A DNA stretch of 54,967 bases from the IMG/VR virus record IMGVR_UViG_3300033146_003625, positions 1 to 54,967 of that record. One strand, given 5' to 3'. The stretch is from a virus. Lineage: Duplodnaviria > Caudoviricetes. Of this stretch, positions 49,177 through 54,967 are shown one piece after another. The notes under the pieces are model-generated. The model saw only the letters and a list, made by a program, of their open reading frames with translations. It made no database searches and was not told where the DNA came from. The position numbers were made by a program, and so were the translations under genes. Every line of letters begins with the position of its first letter. The first letter of the stretch is position 1.

Positions 49177-50160
49177 TTAAATTCTACTTAATCTGTCTTC
49201 TATGTTTTGTTCTAAGTCTATTTCCCCGATGTAAGCTTGTTCACGGTCAAATGGCAATGGCATATAAGCGGTGGTGATGGTGAAATTGATTTCGGTACGC
49301 ATTGTTCTCTGAACGTTGCTACCTGGTTCTAAGTCTGACGCATCAGCTATTCCTTCCATTAATGCATGTGCCCATTGTCCGTGGTGTTCTCGATCTATTC
49401 TACAGTTATCACCACCAAGAGTGAATTCAAATCCATATTCCTCATCCCCAACCCAGAAATACTTCTCTGGTGCAAATTCAGACTGAACTTGATATTGTAA
49501 CATAGACATATGAGAACGATAAGCGGTCCAAATGTTTATACTATATGTTAATTGATATTCTTGTAACGGTGGTACCGCTGAAGAACCAATTTTTTCGCCT
49601 TCATTATCATAATACCTTCTTGTATAATAATTTTCTTTTGGTCTAATACCTTCCTTAACTTGGTAATCACTTAAATAAAAAGCAACCCCAGGGGTTTGTA
49701 TCAGACCATTTCTAAGTGGTTGAGCTATACGAGCAATTGCATCCTGCATCTCTGCATAGAAAACATTAACTACTCTTCTCATTCTCCCACCAGGAGTAGG
49801 TTGTGCTGATCTCAACTTCTTGTATTCTTTATTAAGAATTATAATATTATCTTTTACTGCTTCAATCATAAAATAATTATCATTTCTTCCATTATAAAGG
49901 GTGTCATAAAGTTTAATAGCTTGTTGAGCCTTCAAACCGTGTTCTGTTGTTGTTAAAACAACTTCATGTTGATTGACACCAGGAGTTGTAACCGGAGCAC
50001 CATCGTTGCTATAAGTTTCTACAACAGTTGTTCCTCTAGTTGTTATACTCTCTATTTCAAAATCATATTTAATAAGATGTGGAAGGTCTATTAAATCTCT
50101 CAACCAATTTTGTATTACTAAAGAATATTCTCTAAATAGCGGATAGTAGTGTGTTGACAT
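49177..50160 (-). CDS. Probable tail terminator/sheath stabilizer (gp15-like)
   Basis: P...YQLTYSINIWT..M..L..Q pattern; position upstream of the sheath gene. Confidence 0.6.
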   Translation of the reverse strand: MSTHYYPLFREYSLVIQNWLRDLIDLPHLIKYDFEIESITTRGTTVVETYSNDGAPVTTPGVNQHEVVLTTTEHGLKAQQAIKLYDTLYNGRNDNYFMIEAVKDNIIILNKEYKKLRSAQPTPGGRMRRVVNVFYAEMQDAIARIAQPLRNGLIQTPGVAFYLSDYQVKEGIRPKENYYTRRYYDNEGEKIGSSAVPPLQEYQLTYSINIWTAYRSHMSMLQYQVQSEFAPEKYFWVGDEEYGFEFTLGGDNCRIDREHHGQWAHALMEGIADASDLEPGSNVQRTMRTEINFTITTAYMPLPFDREQAYIGEIDLEQNIEDRLSRI

Positions 50161-50172
50161 TAATTAGTGCTC

Positions 50173-50832
50173 CTATTTTGATAACGCATCTTTTAATTCT
50201 TTTTGTAAATCTTTGTTTAATTTGCTATACATATCTTTTTCATAATTTGTAACAATAAAATCTCTAACTTGTTCAGAAGCTTTTTCCATTAATTTAGGAT
50301 TATGTGTTGCATCTCCTTCAAAGAATAGCGGACCTTTAAAATCGTCTCCTTGAAGTTTAGCAGGGATTTCATAGTCTCCGCCATAATATGCTACACGTAA
50401 TGCTCTAAAAATATCTTCAGTTCCTGGATTTGCCGATAAAATTATTTCTGTATTAATTTCTTTTGTATAATCATCACTACGACCACCTATCGTATCATAT
50501 ATAACATTTACCTTTGTATTACCTTCAAATTTACCGGTAAAATCTTTACTTCCTTCCAGTATAGCTTTTAATTGTTCTTCCATATTTATTACAGCTCGTG
50601 AAGATTGTATAACACTATGTATAACTTTTGGTAACCACGCTTGTTCTTTTATAGCTTTAATTTCTTCTATTGTTTTACCTTTAACAACACCATCGTTAAT
50701 AGCTGCCATAATTTTTTCTGATGTAACTTCAACATAAGCTTTACCGATAGCCGTAAACAATTTTTCAGAATCTTTTTTATTTTTTAATAATTTTAATAAA
50801 TTAATTTCTTGTACCATAGCATTATCTTTCAC
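50173..50832 (-). CDS. Hypothetical protein
   Basis: 219-aa ORF. Confidence 0.65.
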   Translation of the reverse strand: MKDNAMVQEINLLKLLKNKKDSEKLFTAIGKAYVEVTSEKIMAAINDGVVKGKTIEEIKAIKEQAWLPKVIHSVIQSSRAVINMEEQLKAILEGSKDFTGKFEGNTKVNVIYDTIGGRSDDYTKEINTEIILSANPGTEDIFRALRVAYYGGDYEIPAKLQGDDFKGPLFFEGDATHNPKLMEKASEQVRDFIVTNYEKDMYSKLNKDLQKELKDALSK

Positions 50833-51027
50833 AAAAAAATACCTTTAATTCATTAAAATTATTTTTTTTTATAAAAGATATTATAACTAAGTTAAATTAA
50901 TTAGAATATAATGTGTATTTGAAAGTGTACTTTTTATAAATGTGTAAAACTATTCTTAAGTTAAACTATGCTTTTTCATCCTATGTTATTAAGATAATAG
51001 TGAAAGAAAAAAAATTAGGAGAAAAAA

Positions 51028-53568
51028 ATGAGCGAATTACAAGATCAAATTCAAGCACAATTAGACACAGCTCTTCCTACAACTATAATACAACTACCGG
51101 ATGAACTATTAGATTTCCCTCTTACAATATCAAATACATGTATTGTCATGGGTGGTGCAAATACTGTTATAGATGTTTCTTCTCTAGATGTAGAGTATGC
51201 TATTAAAATTGAGGTTGATGACGTTGTTTTCTCTGATGTTAAAAGTATTAAAAATAAAACTGAAGTTGGATATCATGGTGTATATGTTAAAGGATCTAAC
51301 ATATCTTTAGAAAGATTTGATGTATCATGTGATGCAGGTATTTACGCGGAAAATTGTATTAATTTAGATATTATTGAAATAAAAGCAATAGAAGCTAATA
51401 CCGGTTTCCTTATCAAAGATAGCCGTAATATAGATATAAATGGGTGTGAAGCTGAAAACTGTCAAATAGGTTTAGATATTATAGGTTCATCATCTATTAT
51501 AGGTGATGTTGATACTTATCAATTTTTAGGCTTGAATATAACTGCAAATGAAATATCAATTCTTATAGATGGAACTGTTTATTCTATAGAAATAGATGGT
51601 TTAATTTACTCATTTACTGCAACACCTAATATGACCTTTCAAGAAATAATAAATACAATTAATTTGATATCTGATTTCCAGCCCACGTATATGGCCACGT
51701 TATTAGACAATGATATTAAAATATCAAGTCAAAATTCTGCTCTCTCTATAACTAATACAACTATGGGTAGTGATTTGATATCGTCTTTAGGTTTAACGTT
51801 AGACGCACCAAATAATAATATTGTTATCTCAACTCAAGCTTTGGGTTTACCTCCTACCGCCTCTACTGATATTACTCCTTTAACTGGTGGTACTATATAT
51901 TCATTTGATATTGATGGGGTAATGTTTAATTTTGTTGCTTCCCATAATATGACTTATCAACAATTAGTTGATGCTATGAATGTTAGTATAACAAATCTTA
52001 ATATTGCTTCACCTCCTTTCATCACATTTAACGGAGATATATTATTTAAAAATTATGAAGTATCTATAACACTAACTATGGGTTCTTCTTATACTGATCT
52101 ATTAAAAACACTTTTAGGAGTTACAACCATTACTCTTCCCACAACAGAAAACAATGTTGTAACTTCCCAACAAGAATTTGGTCTCTCAGTCCTCTCTACA
52201 GATAATACTCCACTTATTAATACGACCTATCTATTTAAAGTTAATGGAATTAATTATTCATTTACCGGTTTTGCTAATATGACATTTCAAGATATAGTAG
52301 ATGCTATAAATTTAATTTCAGATTTTCCATATACAGCAGAATTTGTTGATGGAGATATAAGGATTATTGCGAGTGCTGAATCAATACTCGTTGAACCTTC
52401 ATCAGTAGGCTTAGATCTTCTTACAGCTCTTCAGGCTAATGTCCAAACAGCAGTTGAGGGAGGAGAAAATTATAGATTAGATCGCTCTCACCATATAAAT
52501 GTTACTAATACTCTTCTCCATCATAATGTATTTGGCTCACGTTTTTTAAACGCTAATGACGTCGTATTTGACAATAGTAGGGTTTTCTTTAATACAAACA
52601 TAGGTATATGGCAATTACCTAATTCTTATAATAATGTATTCAGAGGAGAGATTTACTCTAATACAAATTATGGTATAAGAAATACAGATAAAGCTGGTGG
52701 ACCTCATATACTTGATGCTATGGAAACTTGGTGGGGTGATATAACTGGACCAGCACAATTTGGTACAGGTGAAGGTGATAAAATATCTGCTTATGTTGCT
52801 TATCAACCTGTAAGACAAAGTGGTACCATCCCCGATCTTAGTTATCCTAAAACTAGAAGATTCATTCTCTCAGCTCTTGGATATCCAGTAGTTAAAGTTG
52901 AATTAACTGACGAACAAATAATGGAAGCTATAGATAAAGCTGTTGCAAAATATATGCAATATAGAACACCAGAACCTATGCAGAGATATATAGCTGCTAG
53001 CGCTGGTAGTAATATGGTTCAACTTCCACTAGATATTCCAAAAGAAGATATTATTGAGGTTACATACTCGCCTAATGCTGATATATTTGCTCAGCTTTCG
53101 GGTTCGGGTGAATCATTCCTAATGACATATTATATGCAGGGAACTTCCGGTACTTTCTTAGCAGATTTCTTTATTGCTATGTCTTATAGAGAGACTATGG
53201 AATCAACTTTAGGTATCATGCCTACATATGAACTTCTATCTGGTTTAGCACTTGACGGCTCTGGAGAATATAGAGATTTTATACGTTTAGCACCAAAACC
53301 TAGTGGTAATATTTCCATTGGTCTACTTGTTAGTAGACCAATGACTGAAGAAGAGGCAGATAGTATTGAATGGATTCATCGTTATGCACTCGCGTGGAGT
53401 AAGTCTATATTAGCGCAAATTAGAGGTAAGTATGGATCAGTACCAGGACCTACTGGTGAAATGACCCTAAATTCTGGGTCTCTTGAATCTCAAGCACAAA
53501 TGGAAATTGAAAAATTAGAAGAAAGTGTTATTCTCAGGTCTACTCCTCTTGGTTTTCATTGTGGATAA
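51028..53568 (+). CDS. Neck protein (T4 gp13-like C-terminal domain) fused to a beta-helix and three repeated domains
   Basis: C-terminal LGYPVVKVELTDEQI..AI..A, WI.RYALA..K..L..IRGKY..VPGP.G..TLN; N-terminal parallel beta-helix repeats. Confidence 0.78.
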   Translation: MSELQDQIQAQLDTALPTTIIQLPDELLDFPLTISNTCIVMGGANTVIDVSSLDVEYAIKIEVDDVVFSDVKSIKNKTEVGYHGVYVKGSNISLERFDVSCDAGIYAENCINLDIIEIKAIEANTGFLIKDSRNIDINGCEAENCQIGLDIIGSSSIIGDVDTYQFLGLNITANEISILIDGTVYSIEIDGLIYSFTATPNMTFQEIINTINLISDFQPTYMATLLDNDIKISSQNSALSITNTTMGSDLISSLGLTLDAPNNNIVISTQALGLPPTASTDITPLTGGTIYSFDIDGVMFNFVASHNMTYQQLVDAMNVSITNLNIASPPFITFNGDILFKNYEVSITLTMGSSYTDLLKTLLGVTTITLPTTENNVVTSQQEFGLSVLSTDNTPLINTTYLFKVNGINYSFTGFANMTFQDIVDAINLISDFPYTAEFVDGDIRIIASAESILVEPSSVGLDLLTALQANVQTAVEGGENYRLDRSHHINVTNTLLHHNVFGSRFLNANDVVFDNSRVFFNTNIGIWQLPNSYNNVFRGEIYSNTNYGIRNTDKAGGPHILDAMETWWGDITGPAQFGTGEGDKISAYVAYQPVRQSGTIPDLSYPKTRRFILSALGYPVVKVELTDEQIMEAIDKAVAKYMQYRTPEPMQRYIAASAGSNMVQLPLDIPKEDIIEVTYSPNADIFAQLSGSGESFLMTYYMQGTSGTFLADFFIAMSYRETMESTLGIMPTYELLSGLALDGSGEYRDFIRLAPKPSGNISIGLLVSRPMTEEEADSIEWIHRYALAWSKSILAQIRGKYGSVPGPTGEMTLNSGSLESQAQMEIEKLEESVILRSTPLGFHCG

Positions 53569-53600
53569 ATTAATTATCCACAACATTTTCTTTGAATATA

Positions 53601-53643
53601 TCTAAAGACCAAATTGTTAAAGTATTATAATTTTGGTCTTTAG
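53601..53643. terminator. Hairpin between convergent genes
   Basis: ctaaagaccaaa...tttggtctttag; a second hairpin gtggataa..ttatccac at about 53561-53581. Confidence 0.6.
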
Positions 53644-53725
53644 CATATAATTTTTTTCATTATTATAATCCCATCTTTATACTGCTGTAATTGTTCTCCA
53701 TCAGTCTTTCACTATGTTATCTGTT

Positions 53726-54163
53726 TTATTGTTTAATACTTTGGAGTACTCTTTCTAAAACTTTATCACGGTTAAGAGGCTTTACTATATAGTTTTTTGC
53801 ACCTATTAGTAAGGCCTTTTTAACAAGGTCTTGCTTTCCTAGAGCACTAATCATAATAACTTTTGCATCTTTATCAAATTCAATTATTTTTTCAAGTGCA
53901 GAGATACCATCCATCTTGGGCATGGTAATATCCATAGTAACAAAATCAACATCAGGATAAAGTTCTTTATATTTTTCTACACCTTCAAATCCGTTACCTG
54001 CAGTTTCGACAACCTCAAAACCTTCTGATATTAATATTTGACCAAGTTGTTTCTTTACGAACATAGAATCATCAACAATTAAAACTTTATATTGTTGTCC
54101 ACTCTCGTTATAACCTTCTGGTTTTCTTTTATTTATATTGGGGAAATCAGCTTTTGTTCTCAT
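53726..54163 (-). CDS. cheY: Spirochete-type chemotaxis response regulator CheY
   Basis: N-extension K.DFP.IN.R.P.G; VLIVDDSMFV.KQL.QIL.SEG; VTMDITMPKMDGI; MISALGK; GAKNYIVKPL. Confidence 0.92.
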   Translation of the reverse strand: MRTKADFPNINKRKPEGYNESGQQYKVLIVDDSMFVKKQLGQILISEGFEVVETAGNGFEGVEKYKELYPDVDFVTMDITMPKMDGISALEKIIEFDKDAKVIMISALGKQDLVKKALLIGAKNYIVKPLNRDKVLERVLQSIKQ

Positions 54164-54229
54164 ATAATTATCTTATTCCTTTTAGTATTTATTTGTAAAA
54201 TATATTAAGATAATAAAAGGAGAAATAAA

Positions 54230-54442
54230 ATGAATAAATGGTACCAAGACAATAAAGGTAATATATCGTCATTAAGAATTATAGCAGTTCCGTCTGCCAT
54301 TATAGGACAATTGGTCGTAATAGCAGGAATGGTTGCCCTCTTTATGAATTATCCTGATGCAGTTGGAGCCATGGGTATTGGTGTAGCTATGGTAGGTTTA
54401 GCAGAAGGGGCTAAAGCATGGCAAAAACAAGGTGAGAAATGA
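54230..54442 (+). CDS. Small two-TM protein, holin-like
   Basis: D..GNISS.R, two hydrophobic helices, charged C-terminus; AAGATAA plus AAGGAG upstream. Confidence 0.55.
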   Translation: MNKWYQDNKGNISSLRIIAVPSAIIGQLVVIAGMVALFMNYPDAVGAMGIGVAMVGLAEGAKAWQKQGEK

Positions 54443-54723
54443 AATATAAAGTAGGCGATGTAGTATATATTAAAAATGGTGAATTCGAAGATAGTGTAGA
54501 TTATATAGTTAGAAGCGATGCTTTCCTTATAATAACTGGCCTTTGGAAAGGTGGTGGTAAGGAGTATAGTTACTATGTCTGTGATGTATATATTTGTAGT
54601 AAGAGAAGATGGGAGAAGGAACAACTCTTTTTAGGTCAAGCGTATGATGATGATTTTCTCCCTCTTACAGATCCCACCTTCTTTAAAGAGGTGATAGAAA
54701 CAACATTTGAGGATTGGAAATGA
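54439..54723 (+). CDS. Hypothetical protein
   Basis: MKYKVGDVV start; coupled. Confidence 0.65.
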   Translation: MKYKVGDVVYIKNGEFEDSVDYIVRSDAFLIITGLWKGGGKEYSYYVCDVYICSKRRWEKEQLFLGQAYDDDFLPLTDPTFFKEVIETTFEDWK

Positions 54724-54967
54724 TTGTATTTGGACCTTACTTAGAAGAACGCTCTCATCGTAATATCTACTTTGATAATCAAAAAGCAGTTGGTGTTCAA
54801 TTTGAGAAGAGGACGAACGTGTCTTTAGGGACGGGTAAAACTAAATATATGTATACTATGAGATTTTTTATACATGAACCATTTAGTATGAATGGTACAA
54901 ATTGGGGTAATAGAAATTGGGAATTTAATGGACGAAAGGATTTTTTAAAACGGAAGGGTGAAATGGA
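54720..54967 (+). CDS. Partial hypothetical protein running off the window end
   Basis: ATGA-coupled open frame MIVFGPYLEERSHRN... Confidence 0.55.
   Translation, partial: MIVFGPYLEERSHRNIYFDNQKAVGVQFEKRTNVSLGTGKTKYMYTMRFFIHEPFSMNGTNWGNRNWEFNGRKDFLKRKGEM

Noticed and set aside
41972-54163. Bacterial chromosome or prophage boundary explaining flaA/cheY
   Set aside because: These genes are isolated among phage structural genes, carry the phage promoter motifs and have no neighbouring che/fla operon genes
2199-54624. Short antisense or nested ORFs in the track (e.g. 2199, 3313, 5616, 17573, 27860, 42746, 46817, 52615)
   Set aside because: Shadow frames of well-supported genes, with no SD or motifs
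1-54967. Stop-codon recoding
   Set aside because: Core genes are uninterrupted in the standard code, and TAA, TAG and TGA all end genes

Overview
AT-rich, gene-dense fragment of a large T4-like (probably jumbo) myophage, using the standard genetic code. It carries DNA metabolism genes (UvsW helicase, type IIA topoisomerase, RecA/UvsX, Mre11/Rad50), tail and neck genes (sheath, tube, gp15-like, gp13-like, gp26-like) and about 11 free-standing homing-type endonucleases. The host is very likely a spirochete: the phage encodes a FlaA periplasmic-flagellum sheath protein and a Treponema/Borrelia-type CheY, plus ribosomal protein bS21 and peptide deformylase. Main observations: (1) a possible phage motility-manipulation set (FlaA + CheY); (2) a fractured topoisomerase B subunit with a split intein at the TOPRIM EGD/SA motif flanking an endonuclease; (3) an endonuclease that appears to have replaced the 3' end of uvsW, leaving the old end as an orphan; (4) two recurrent promoter-like motifs (AAGATAA, AAGCATA), often only a few nt from the start codon; (5) a ~110-nt rod-shaped ncRNA candidate; (6) several small ORFs missed by the ORF track. 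All family calls come from motif recognition and recalled sequences; no database search was run.
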